From Schmidtea nova (lineage: Eukaryota): a DNA stretch of 64,000 bases. The position numbers and the translations under genes are program-made. Positions 1-14,200 of this stretch are shown here, one piece after another; the first letter of the stretch is position 1, and each line of letters begins with the position of its first letter. Location: positions 418,004,001-418,068,000 of the forward strand of contig CM097883.1 in NCBI GenBank assembly GCA_044892505.1, written 5' to 3'. The notes below the pieces were generated by a model. The model did not search any database. It worked only from the letters and a program-made list of their open reading frames with translations, and was not told the origin of the DNA.

Positions 1-3000
1 ATCCACACAATATATCAGTCATTTCACCATCGATTCCTCAGTCTTCAATGTTCAGATTCACTTCACATCCATTCAATATCATGCCGATGTCTACCGTGCC
101 CATGGAAACAGTTGATTCAAAATTAATGGAAAAATTTGTAGAATTTCTCAAATTACAGTCTACTAATGAAGGGAACCCCGATAGTCCAATGAATTCTGAA
201 CATGCACAAACAATAAGACCTCACGAATCTGAAATAAAAACAATCCCAGAAAGCAACATTCAACAACATCAACAGGAAATTGAAAGACCTCAATCTCACG
301 TTTCTTCACTAGGTGGTCACGGGCAAGTTGATAAAGAGAATTTAAATACCGATAAATTTACTGGATCAAATATAAAAGACAATTCGGAATCTATCGACAA
401 AGAATTACAGAGAAAATCAAGTTAGGAAATTGATTAATTACTTTCCATGTAATGCTTATGTAATAGAATCTAATTATTCTCACGAGGACGACAATCAGAA
501 ATATGATCAATCGAAAAAGGGAGTGAAAAATAAAAATTTTAAGGAATATAGGCCTAACAAAACTGGATACAGAGGAGATTATTCCATTAATGCTGGAGGT
601 TCCGGCAATACAATTGAGCGTGATTATTATCCAGAAAATAACGACGTGATGGCCTATGAAGATTACAATACATATAAACAGCATTATGCAAGAGTTCCTC
701 GGGGCTATAATCGAAATCCGTCATTTAATTATTATTCAGATCAATATTCTAGTCAATCTAAAGATAATTTCGCCAACGATTATCACTACAAATCCAATTC
801 ACTCAAAACTAAATCTTCTACCTCAAAATCCAAGGATTCGAAACCATCAGGTTAATTGTAATAATATTGTATGTTAACTTTTGTTCTAATTTACTCCTAA
901 AATAGTAATTGGTATTCATTGGCTGAGAAATCTATCATTCAAATATCTTTTTAGGAAATGCGTTTGAATAGGATAGACATTTCAACTTATTTAGTTGTAA
1001 ATAGCTTGCAGTTAGTAAGCTGGAAACGGTTGGAAATGCGTAAACAAAATAGTTAATCAATTAAATTGCATGCTTGAAATTTAAGAAAAATGATATTCCA
1101 CTGTGCTGCATCCAATCTACAAATGCTGCATTAGTTTCACTTGCCATTTAGAGCAGGGTTATGCGGCGTAAAATTGTAACAAGGGTCACTTGAGGTCGAT
1201 AAATACCAGATCCAACTTTTACGAGACAACAAGCCGATTATTTACACGCCTTTTACAAGAGAAACAAAAAAGGGGTTTTTTCGACAAGTGAAAAAAGTGA
1301 AGTCAATTTTTTTATTCCGACCAGTTTAATTGAATTTCAGTCATGTAAATAGTGGAAAGCTGATTTAGAGTTTCCTATTTGTTATATAATTATTGGATTT
1401 TTTTTGAAGATCGTTGAGCCCCATATGCCCACCGATGGGTCACTCAACACCACCAACACGAGGCAATTTCTACTTCGGGACCTAGTTACTATCTACATGC
1501 AAAAAATTTAGATAATTAATTAGAGTTTTCAAATGTCAAACTCAAAATATTGAACACTAAGAAATAATTTTCAATAAATAAAAATATCAGTCCGTATGTG
1601 AGAAATACGATTTTACAGTACGACGCTCAACATTTTTTTAATTCACAAGGGCATTTTATTGGGTTTACTTTAAACCAGGGTTTCACAATCTTACTATAGT
1701 ATCGTACCTGTACGATTTAAACAGTTTGATGACGTACAAACAGGCGGAAAATTTTTGAAATGGGAATAAAATGCAATGCAGAACATTTGTAATAAAGANN
1801 NNNNNNNNNNNNNNNNNNNNNNNNNNNNNNNNNNNNNNNNNNNNNNNNNNNNNNNNNNNNNNNNNNNNNNNNNNNNNNNNNNNNNNNNNNNNNNNNNNNN
1901 NNNNNNNNNNNNNNNNNNNNNNNNNNNNNNNNNNNNNNNNNNNNNNNNNNNNNNNNNNNNNNNNNNNNNNNNNNNNNNNCTACGCGTACTCTAGGTTGGA
2001 AAGCCTTTAAATCAAGGGTGTCAAACTCAAACTGGCCCGCGGGCCGCATTGGACTAGTATCATGAACCGGTGGGCCGCATTAGACTAGTATCATGAGCCG
2101 GCGGGCTGCAACATAATTTTTTTTGAAAATAAATACTCGAGAATGTATCATAATTACAATTTTTTCGAAATAGGAAAAAACATTATTATGAACACAAAAT
2201 TGTAACACAAAATTATTTAAATAAAGACAAACAAAGTGACAAATATATTATTTTTATTTCTGGCTACTTAGCTGGCAACGTTTAGCCACCACAAGATCAT
2301 CAATATTAGTAGCAATCTTTTGAGATCTGGCCAGTCTTAGTGTTGCTTGTAAATGTTCGTCACTTAACTTTGTTCTTGTTGAAGATTTGTTGAATTTCAT
2401 CAATGAAAAATATTGTTCAGAAAGATAGGTGCTTCCAAACATTGCAATTACTGCCTGAGAATACAACCTTCGAAATCTTTCTTGTTGGAGATATGAATAA
2501 AACTCAAGAATTCCAACATCAGAGTACTTTTGTTTTAAAATAGAATCACACTAAAGCTCCACTAATTACATCTGAATTCCATCTGACAAATAAGACACAC
2601 AATTCGGTCCTTTGTTTCAATAAAAAAATACATATCTTCCCACTTGAAACTTTCCCGTCTTGAAACTTTCTGTTTTCATCTTCAATTTTTCTTTTAAATG
2701 CCACCATATCTGTTTCCAACTCAACATCCATTTTTGATTTCTTTTTCATAGGCATTTTATATATTATTTCTTTTGTTTGGAACTGTTGAAAAAAAATTGA
2801 GTAAAAATTATTGAATACGGATAATTCGTTAAAATTTACAACAATGATCAAATTTTTTTATTATAACCTTTGATGATGCTTTGTTTGAGTCAAATTTTAA
2901 ACTAAACATATTATAATTTTCTAAAGTTTTTCTTTAATAAACATTAATTAAAAATATTGAAGTCATGCTTTTAATTCAAAAAAAATCAATTTAAAAACTT

Positions 3001-6000
3001 GATTTTTAACTGCGTTATGCAGTTCTTGTTATTTAATTAATTTGAATTTCAAATTATAAACTTTTTTTAGTAATTTATTAAAAAGTCTTCGCGGGCCGCG
3101 TGTTTGAGGCGCCTGCTTTAAACAAATAATCGGATATTAATTATGATAAATAATAAAATTTATATAAAATTATCATATGTTTGTTACAATCGATAATTCT
3201 GGTCTTGTCACTATTGTGTTCATAATGAATATGATTAAGTTGGTGCAGATAAAGTGTGAAATTAAAATTTTACATAAAAAATAAAATTTAAATGAATAGA
3301 AACTAAACGAAACGATGGTAATGAATACAGGACAAAATACGAGACAAAATATTTTTACGGTTTCCCAACATTGAAAATCGCTCAATTATATTTTAAACAT
3401 TTATCGAAATACCTCTGTACATTTATTAATGCCAATCCAACTAGTCTATTTTCATTCATTCGTGTTCTCACCCACAATTAAAAAATACAAAAAACGGTTT
3501 AATGAATTTTGCACTTCACAACATAAATCAAAAACAACTAAAAGATCTGTGTCTACTGATCATTTTCCTCTCTCGTTGATTACCAAGCATTTCCCTTACA
3601 CAATTCAACTTCATATAAAAATTCAAGTTAACATAAGTGCTGGATACTAAGTCTAAGAATGACACCATAAACATTATTGATTGCTGAAACAATTTTGACA
3701 ACACCGTTATAATTTAGTCTAATGGGATTTCATGGTATCAAAGAATATATTTGGAATCATCATGAAGAGGGATTTAAATTTATCGTTCGCAATATTCTTT
3801 TGTATCCAAAAGTACATTTTCCCAGTGAGTCTGTCGTTAAGAGAACCATTTTTTTCAATTATTGTTTCTCTGTTGCAGTTTTATCTCTTAACAGTTTTAT
3901 CTTTTTTTTTTTTTTAAAAAATTTATAACAGATTATGTAATATAAAATTACTAATTTTTTTGAAACAATTCTCTTGTCTTTTGCAAGCGAGAACACATAA
4001 ACAGCAGAAATGCAATTGGAATTATTCTCAACCCATTGGTTTCAGAATGTTTTCTTTTCATAAAATTTCGTTTTGCAGAAGCATCGAAAAAATCAATCAA
4101 TTTACTGATAACTCGAAACAATTTTTTGTTTTTTATTAAGCACAACGAAACATAAAAATCGCTTTTCACAATTTATCTAAAATAATTTTTTTTTCTGAAT
4201 TATTACATTAAGTAAAATAAATTACAGTTTTTCAAGAAAATTATATATCATTCATTAATAGTGGTTTTTCAGCTAATATTTAAATAAAAATAACATGTTA
4301 TTGATTGATTATAAAAATTATTATAAATTTTGTTTGTCATATCTCGTTACACGTCCGCTCATATCTAATATATAAGGGTCAATGTTTGTGTGTTCTCTAT
4401 AGAAATTCAAAGCGTTGGACAGATCTCCATTTAATTTGACATTGGGGTAGTCCTCGAGGTGTAGAAGGTTGATAGCTGGGAATTGACCCAGAGAGCAAGG
4501 AGTCCAAAATAGGCCCCTGGATGGCTCTGCAGCATCATTCGTGTGATTTAGTGAAAACTTTATAAAACAAAAGTTGTAGAGCACCCTTGTTTTACTAGGG
4601 GTGGATCACATTTCTGGACCCGTAACCCTGATCTGGAATATTCTGGGCCCATGTACTTTTAAGCCGTTTCAACAATAATAATCAAATATGAATAAATTAC
4701 CCATGATTTAACTTTTTGTAACATGTTTAAGTTCTCTTTTCAGTGCACGAGAACAATTTCATTGAAAAAATTGAGGAAATATTTTTTTGAAAATTCTTTA
4801 TTTGTTGTTTTAAAGCGGAAAATAAACAAAACTTATTACTTTCTTAATGTGTTACAGTTTTTTCATAGCTTTAACCAACAGGGTCATGATGTATCTTACT
4901 ATGCATTGTCCAAAATTGGTATAACAAAGTTCCAAATGGACATCAAGCCTTGCTTGAGTGATATGCTTTGCGTACTGGCCCGGGAAACGCCGGATAACCC
5001 CATCTACTTCTATATAAAACTTAATAATGTTCAATATAAGGTCATCTAAAAATAGATAAAACCAAAACGAATAATTCATAGCAAAAGAACAGCTAAGATG
5101 ATGTTTGCGATGACATTTCGCTATATGGATAATTTTATAGGAACGTGTCTAGGCCGTAAAATAAAGTTTTGGTGTTGCTACAAATGTCGTTATTTTATTT
5201 AATAACACAATTATTAATAATTCCGATCTCGATTAATATAGATTTTTCTCATTTTATGTTAAAATTGTGAGGAATACAATCTTTAAAATATTATATAATG
5301 TAGGTTCAAATGCTGATCACATTCAATCGGATCGGGAATCATCGAACATCAAAAAGTATGAAAATCAACAGGAAGCATGGCCACATGAAAATGACATTAT
5401 TGATTGTTCTGATAAAAAGAATAAAGATCCAAAAAAGAATCCGAAAGCAGTTAAATCCGTTGTATATCAGCCAAAAAAATTCGATAATCGTTATTATAAA
5501 GAAAAGCCGACTGAATCTGCCCAAGAGTACAGTATGGGATTTGCCGTGAATCCAAAAGAAAATAGAAAAAATTACTATCCAAGTAATTATAATCGAAGAT
5601 ATTATACGGATTACAGCTACTATAACTCATCCGCCAATTACAATGAATACGATGACGAAAACAGCTATTACCAGGACAACTATTATTCACAAGAATATTA
5701 TGGATACGATAAAGATTATTCGTCAAATAAATACCCAAATAAACGGAATCCTAAAACCTCGAACACAGGCGACCAATGGCGACAGAATAAAGATGAAAAA
5801 TCCAATAATCCTAGAAACACAGAAACTACAAATTCCACAAATCAATTTGGAAATCCTAACTCCAGCCAATCAAAAACCGTTAATCGTAATAACCGAAAAT
5901 CTGACAAGAGACAGTTCTCCAGTGAGTATATTTTGCATAAATCTAAGGATGATTATTTGAATGATGAATTTATCTATAATAAATAGTCAATGTACTGTGA

Positions 6001-9000
6001 GTTAGTAGTGTTACATCTGTGAATCGATTTATAAGCATAATATAATTTTGTTTGTCAGAATTCTTCTTTGTTTTTTTGTTTATATAATTTGATGATAATA
6101 TTTGATGTGGTTATTTATTTTATAATTGAATTTGGAAATTTTTTAGATAATAGCACTCTCGTTATAAAATATCGTTCATCCGGTCAATTTACGTATGGTA
6201 TGATGTATTTGTTGATTATTTCTATTTGATTCTGATTTGGTTTTTGTTTATTAATGTTGCGGTGATACAATATAATATATTAATTACTAACAATTTGTAC
6301 AATTTATTAACAATTTCTTTATCTTATTAAGCCTCGAAAGACAGCAATGATAATGATCAAGAAGAATGGGAAACGGCTTCTGAAGGTGGCAGTGTTCGCA
6401 GTAATAGTGCTCCTAGAGATATGCACAAATTACACATGAATCGGCAAAATAATTCTCAGCTTAATGCGACAGAAAATAAAGTAATGTCAAATAGCAACAA
6501 TGAAAATAGAAAAGTAGCAATGAATAAAAATGGATCAAGTCAGTTTTTATTTTTTAAATATGATTGTTTTTCAATATGAAAATTAATATGTAGAAAATAA
6601 GTAGTGGAATTTAATTCTAAATTGTGATGCTTATTATAATTGTTTCAAAAATAATGCATTTTTGCGTAAAAGAAATACTTACGGTCCAACAGATTCAGTA
6701 TCCGTTAAAATTAATTTTAGATGTCGGCTCCCATTTGCAATGTTGACATTATTTTTAATAAATATTTCTGATGATTTTTGTGTTCTCATTTCTGTGAAAA
6801 TTTTTACTCCATTTTCAAATNNNNNNNNNNNNNNNNNNNNNNNNNNNNNNNNNNNNNNNNNNNNNNNNNNNNNNNNNNNNNNNNNNNNNNNNNNNNNNNN
6901 NNNNNNNNNNNNNNNNNNNNNNNNNNNNNNNNNNNNNNNNNNNNNNNNNNNNNNNNNNNNNNNNNNNNNNNNNNNNNNNNNNNNNNNNNNNNNNNNNNNN
7001 NNNNNNNNNNNNNNNNNNNNNNNNNNNNNNNNNNNNNNNNNNNNNNNNNNNNNNNNNNNNNNNNNNNNNNNNNNNNNNNNNNNNNNNNNNNNNNNNNNNN
7101 NNNNNNNNNNNNNNNNNNNNNNNNNNNNNNNNNNNNNNNNNNNNNNNNNNNNNNNNNNNNNNNNNNNNNNNNNNNNNNNNNNNNNNNNNNNNNNNNNNNN
7201 NNNNNNNNNNNNNNNNNNNNNNNNNNNNNNNNNNNNNNNNNNNNNNNNNNNNNNNNNNNNNNNNNNNNNNNNNNNNNNNNNNNNNNNNNNNNNNNNNAAT
7301 ACTATAGATCAAAATTATTTTTTTAAACAAGTACACAATATTTCGGCATGCTTGATAATACACACTTGATAAAGGCTCTTCCTAAATATTGTGTACTTGT
7401 TTCAAAAAAATAATTTTGATCTATAGTATTATGGAAATTATTGATATTAATAATAATATACAATAGATAAAAATTTTTTACTTTATTAATATTAATATCA
7501 ATAATTTCCATAAGACTAGATTCTTTGGTCTTATGGCAATTATTGATATTAATATCAAAGAAAGATCAAACGTGAAACAAAAAGATAATTATGATATTTA
7601 TTATCATTGTTATTTGTTATTATTTTTATGTANNNNNNNNNNNNNNNNNNNNNNNNNNNNNNNNNNNNNNNNNNNNNNNNNNNNNNNNNNNNNNNNNNNN
7701 NNNNNNNNNNNNNNNNNNNNNNNNNNNNNNNNNNNNNNNNNNNNNNNNNNNNNNNNNNNNNNNNNNNNNNNNNNNNNNNNNNNNNNNNNNNNNNATTTAA
7801 TAATAATTAGATAATATTATTATTTACTAATTGTATATTTAATTATTTAACTAATTTTCAATTTGTACAAACCGTATCAAATTTAATAAAACAGCCTTTT
7901 TCAAGAATTGACAAAGTAATATTAATAACAATTATTCAATTTAACTTTTATTAATAAGAAAAAATTAAAGAATTCTAAATAAAATTGTCATTTTCAGTTG
8001 GTCATAATCATTTTTCCAAAACCTTTTTTATTCTTCAATTCTTATCCAAATGATTTTTTATTTATTCTAATTTAATACACTTTAGAAATTGAATTTTTAT
8101 TACATTATTATTTTATTATATTTCACACCAACAAAACAATTTTCCAATAAAATCATTTTGTAGGAAATTAAATTTTATTTCCGCAATATTACGCAATATT
8201 TTATATCAGTGAAATATACAAATTTAATTACAAAAATGCGTATCACTAAATTTCCAATCAAGCTATTTTTAAGAAATTAAAATTTTATCTGTATAATATT
8301 TCAATTAAAACTCATTAAAGCATATTTATATAGACGACAAATGCAAATGTAATTGCAAAACACGAGTACACACCAACACACAAAATTTCTAATCAACCCA
8401 TTTTCTAAAAAAATAAATTTTATACATTCACCTTTGATCTTTTTTTATTAATATCAATAATTTCCATAATGGTAGGACTATTATTTTTTTTAAACATACA
8501 ATATTACAATGAAAATAAAATATAAATATTTTATATAGGTTAAATTTACAACTTTAATTACAAAACTCGTGTGCACTACACTTTAAATATTGAATAAAAC
8601 CATCTTGTAGACAATTAAATTTTACCTATCCATTGTTTCACTAAAAACCTGAATAAACCGACATAAAGAACGTTAGAAAAAACCGGAGAAGCGTGAACCC
8701 CCTTTTTAAAAATTTTTTTTTAAATTTAAAAAAAAATTGACATTAAAAGGGAGGTTTTTCGATTTATTGGTTATAACTCATTGGTTATAACTTCATCTAC
8801 AAAAATATATTAAACTTCGGATATGACATCTGATTCATCTATCAAATAATAGAAGTATCCCAAATTTAGTATATTTGAAGATATAAGAAATTCTATGTAT
8901 ATTTGGCTGCAATTTAAGTGACTATGGAAATTTTAACTAATGAACGCTTTAGTGAGGAAAATAAACTTTACGCAATTTGGCTGATAAAGATTATTCCAGG

Positions 9001-11205
9001 TCATATTCAGAAGGTGAATTCTATTGAATTATTATAACATAATAAACATTTTTTCATCAGTATTTTCTAAAAATTTTTATTGTATATGGGTTATAAGTAT
9101 AAATATTGTATCCGAAAATTAACCCGACAAAACGTGACACATTTTAAAAGTTTTTAAAATTTAAATATTTAGAAAAAAATTGCTTAAAAATTATTTTTTT
9201 ATTAAGTTGTAATGTTATTATTTGCAATTAGTAATATAAAAGAGAACATTCCTTTATAAAACAATATCAACTGTCAATTCAACTGTCAATAATATATCTT
9301 AAAAAGCTTAAATCTGAAGAGCAAGGACATCCGTAAACAAATCTATCACAAATTCAACGGATGGTAGCGGATATGATTCATATCCACAAAATAGTTTTTC
9401 ACCTGTTTGGAAATGTCACTTTTACCATTATTGAGCGAATATAATTAATACTATATTAGCATTAATATTTGATATTGCAAATCGTGTATTGTTATTTATT
9501 TGTTGATTTCTTAAGCAAGATAATATTTTGAATTTTCATCTTTTTAATGTTTGGAAATTCATAAACGCTTTGAAAATTTGAGGTCAATAAGAAGTCTTTT
9601 CTACTTTATAATTATTTGGAAAGTTTCGTATTTTTAACCATATATTTCCAACTGGTTATAATTAGTTTTAATTTATAATTCCAGAATCTCCTTGATATTT
9701 ACTGTGAATTATTTCTTAATTGTTAAATTAAAGCCATTGAAAATTATATATTTTTAAAAAACGAAACTTTTCACTAAGAGACTTGGAATCGTCCATAATA
9801 AATAAATTATAAATTTGCCATAGTTCGTTGAANNNNNNNNNNNNNNNNNNNNNNNNNNNNNNNNNNNNNNNNNNNNNNNNNNNNNNNNNNNNNNNNNNNN
9901 NNNNNNNNNNNNNNNNNNNNNNNNNNNNNNNNNNNNNNNNNNNNNNNNNNNNNNNNNNNNNNNNNNNNNNTCTTGAGACTAATATAGAAATAATAATAGT
10001 AAAATAATTGATACAGACATATTTAAACTTCAACATATATAGGTAAAGAAAATGTATTTTGTTTTAATAATCCATTATTGTTTAAGTATACTTTTGCGAA
10101 CATTCGAAAAATGCCTCTGGAAACTATTCAATACCGTAGCGTTATTCGCTTTCTCTTTCTAAAAGGAAAAAATAGAGAAAAAAAATACACAGCAACAATT
10201 TATCGTTGTTTCAATTACTTTCAGAGTGGTATAACCTCCGTGGTGGACGAAGAAAGATCTGGAAGACCCTCAGAAATTGATGGAAAAAATAACGCAAAAG
10301 CTGCAGACAATCGTGCAAAACGAGAGAAAAATAACGACGAGAGAGCTCACAACCCGTCTAAATGTGAGCAAAGGCACTGTGCATACTCTCCTCACTGAAA
10401 GTGGTATTCGAAAACGATGTTCCCGTTTTGTGCCACGCTTCTTAACGGTGGAAATGCAACAACGACGCTTTGAGAATCTGCAGATCAGGACCAATTTTGG
10501 AAACCGTTTCATTGATAATATCATCACTGTGGAAGAGACACCGTTGTCCCTTTATGTCCCCGAATCTAAAAGAGAGTCTCAAGAATGGAAACTGCCAGGA
10601 GAAAGCAGCTCACTGAAAATGCGGTCCTCAACTTTCCACCGAAAGGCTCTCATGCTGACGGTGTTTTGGGACGCCAATGGCATTATTCTGACTGACTTTG
10701 CTGAATCCGGCGTGAAGATCAATAGTTCTTACTACTCCAACATCGTGCAGCAAGCAAGGAAGGCACGACGCAAGAGCAGAGTGTGATCTCTATTTTTTAC
10801 ACGATAATGCTTCCATCCACACCAGTAGCGTTTCCATGGTCAAAATTGAGGGTTGCGGGCTCAATTTGCTTCCCCATCCACCATACAGCCCCGAGTTGGC
10901 TCCCTCCGATTTTTTCCTGTTTAACCATCTTAAGAAGCATCTGCGGGGCCAGGTGTTTGCCAACAAACATGATTTGAGAGCAGCCGTGGAGAGTTTTCTG
11001 GGAGAAAAGCCTCCAGAATTCTTCAAAAACGCCTTCGAAAACCTCGTTATTCGCTGGGAAAATTGTGTCAGTGCAGAAGGAAATTTTTTGAGAAATGATG
11101 CCTATTTACCATGCTTGCTCTAAATACAAAGTTTTGTGTTGATATCTTAAGTCTTTCTATTTTAGTCTCAAGACTTATTGGGCGCACCACTTACATATCC
11201 ATATC

Positions 11206-11264
<59 letters not shown>

Positions 11265-14200
11265 TCACATTTCATTAAAAAAGTATTTGATAAATATTCA
11301 TTTTTAATAAAACCAGATTTTGACTTTGATATTTCTTACCAAATTTTTCATAAATTGATTTAAGATTTCTTGAATTCAAGGTATTATCAAAAAAGTCATG
11401 GTAATTTCAGAAATTTTTAGGTCTCTAAATTTTATATATTTAGCCTACTATGTTGGTTGATATATACATATTTAGCTATTGGAATGCGTCATACGTTCTT
11501 GTATATAATTATATACCAATTAAAATAAATAATAAGTGTATCGCTTTTGATTTTCAGCAATCACCATTAGAAAACAATTTTTACCTTTTGATCTTTTTCC
11601 GATTTTCTTTATCTTAATTTCTATTCAATAAAAAATAATATAATAATAAAAATTAATATAATTTTTCAAACTTTTTTTAACTGCAGCGCATATCTGTGTA
11701 TACACATGCCGTACGACAGACAAATAGGATAATCGCACAACATTTTGCATATAATTTAAATATTTTAATAAATAAACATTATTTTTCTACTATTCAACAC
11801 TATATATTTAATTTTTATACCTTTATTCCTCGAATATATAAGTTCCTAGACATTGGTCAAAATCAATTTAGTAAATTGGTTTTCATACAAAAGACACTTT
11901 TAATTTACATTAAAGTTTTATTATTTATGTATAATACAAAAAAACAAAACGTTAATAATTTATTAAACAAAACTAAAAAAAGTTTTAATATTTTTAATTA
12001 AATTTATGTTTAAATTCGATGGAATTTCAATTTCATGCGCTGAATTAATAAAAAAAATTCTTTTCACTAAAATAGTTAATATAAAATAATCGAAATATCA
12101 AAAGTGTACTTTATTGCTCCACATCAATTGTACTTAATTAGGTACGGTCCATTGGTTTTGTGAAAAAAATATCTTTCGTTGTTTGAACAATTCCTGTTTA
12201 TTTTTTGTATAAATTTCATGATAGCACACCAGGTTTCCTTAAATTAGGTGGCTTTAGAAAATCTTTCATACGTATGCATTTTTCTATTTTTTCCATTTCT
12301 CAGAAAGCTGAAGCCTTTTCTTGAAAATTAATCTTTTGTTGGTATTCTCTGTTCATTTTCTAACCAACATTGTTTTTCAAGGTCCAACAAGTCTTCATTA
12401 GAAAAATCGTATTTAATAAGATGGCTAATGTCTTCATTGTCAACATCAAGATTAAGTATATGATCGCTAATTTCTTGTTTTTCCCTTTAATTTTCGAACG
12501 CGAAATCAATATTATCTTCAAATCGTTATATAAGTTTTTCCATATACAAACAAACTAGAATAATATCTAAACATCGTTCTAGCCATGTTTTTAATTCTGG
12601 TCGTGTTTGGTAGATCAACACAACTTTATTGTTCGGATATGAATCTCAAATATGTGGTGGATGGCCTGGTGCATTTTCAAGTAATAAAAGATAATATTAG
12701 CTTAATTTATTTAATAAATAATAAAAAAAAGCTATAAAGTTCTCCCCAAACACTAGTCGGTGTAAATTGTAATTTTTTGTGTACTTATAATATTTCGATA
12801 TTTTTCCAAATTGGGGCATCGTAAGTTCGAAAAGTCGTAAATCCAGGAGGACTTATGTACAATAATATAAGTACACAAAAAATTTAGTTTTTGGGGAAAT
12901 TTTTTAATGTGATGTTTTTGTTATTATTCCTGGTTCTTAAATGAATTATTTTGACAGTGTAGAAATTAATTATGGTGGTTTTATATTTTGATAATTCAAA
13001 TTATATTTTCCTTTGCAAAATCATATAACAAACAGTCATTAGGCGCCGAGTAATGAACTAGTTTTATTTATTTTTTTACAAATGAATATAAATGAGATCG
13101 AACCAAGGTCAAAGGTGACGAAAATTAATGTTAATTAAATTAGTTTTCCATATAAAACATTTTCCCGATAACATTGTCTACTTTTCAAACCCCCTTTTAA
13201 ATAAAAAACAATGGTAGTTATCATTTATTATTTTAGACTATTCATGTAACGGTGGTAATTCATTAAATGATAACAACGGAAATCAAGATGGAAGTGGGGG
13301 TGCACCAGGTTCATCAGGAGGCACTAGATTTCGTTCGAGTGCATCACAAAATAAATCTGTAGATTCTTCTCAAAGTAAAAACATTGATAAATCATCTAAT
13401 GAAAATCGGAATTCTGATTCAACATCGAAAAACTGTTCAAATAACAATAATAGCAACAAAGACAATTTATTCAACACTATAGATTCACGGCAAGCAGATT
13501 CTTTCCAGCGTTCAAATGATATTGCGCACATGTCCTCACCAATAAATCTCGATAAATATGCCGAATTTATCGAAGAGGAAGAAATGCTTTATGAAAATGC
13601 ACAATTTCAAGAAGTTCTATCAAAAGCAACGAAAAAAAGCAGGAAACTAGAAGAACAAAAACGACTCAAAGAAGAATATCGATTAGAACAAAAGAGATTA
13701 GAGGCTTTGAAAAATAAAAGCAAATCTGACTATAATCAAATTAGAAAACCATCGAATCGACGAGACCAACCTCCGAGAACTAATAAAACCGAGACAAGTA
13801 CTGGACACAAATTTGAAAATAAACCAGCTATAAATATACGCGATAAAGAAACTTTGAATAATCCAATGAAAAAATGGGAAATAAATAAAGTAGCAATGCA
13901 AATTGGTTCATGGGACAATAGTTTAGCAGATGAAATTACCTCAGAGAAAAAAGGTAGTATGGAATAAATTTATTGGCAATCGTTGTAACTTATTGTACTT
14001 AGCTCCTCCTAAACCAATCGGCACTCCAGCCTCTATACCAGCTTGGAATAAAAAAACTAAAACTCCATTTGAAACAAGTTCTTCAAACGCTTGTCAAAAT
14101 TCTTTATCGACTGAATCCATAAAGATGCCAACCGATATTGAAACCATTTCACAAACATTTTCTTCCGAAAATTCCGAAGTCAATTTTAACCCAACATCAT

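Noticed and set aside
4321-5079. Short ORFs with coding-like composition in PRRC2 intron 2
   Set aside because: No recognisable motif or termini. Probably a decayed TE fragment that I cannot classify.
11178-11363. YT-repeat ORF
   Set aside because: It is the translation of the (CATATA)n microsatellite.
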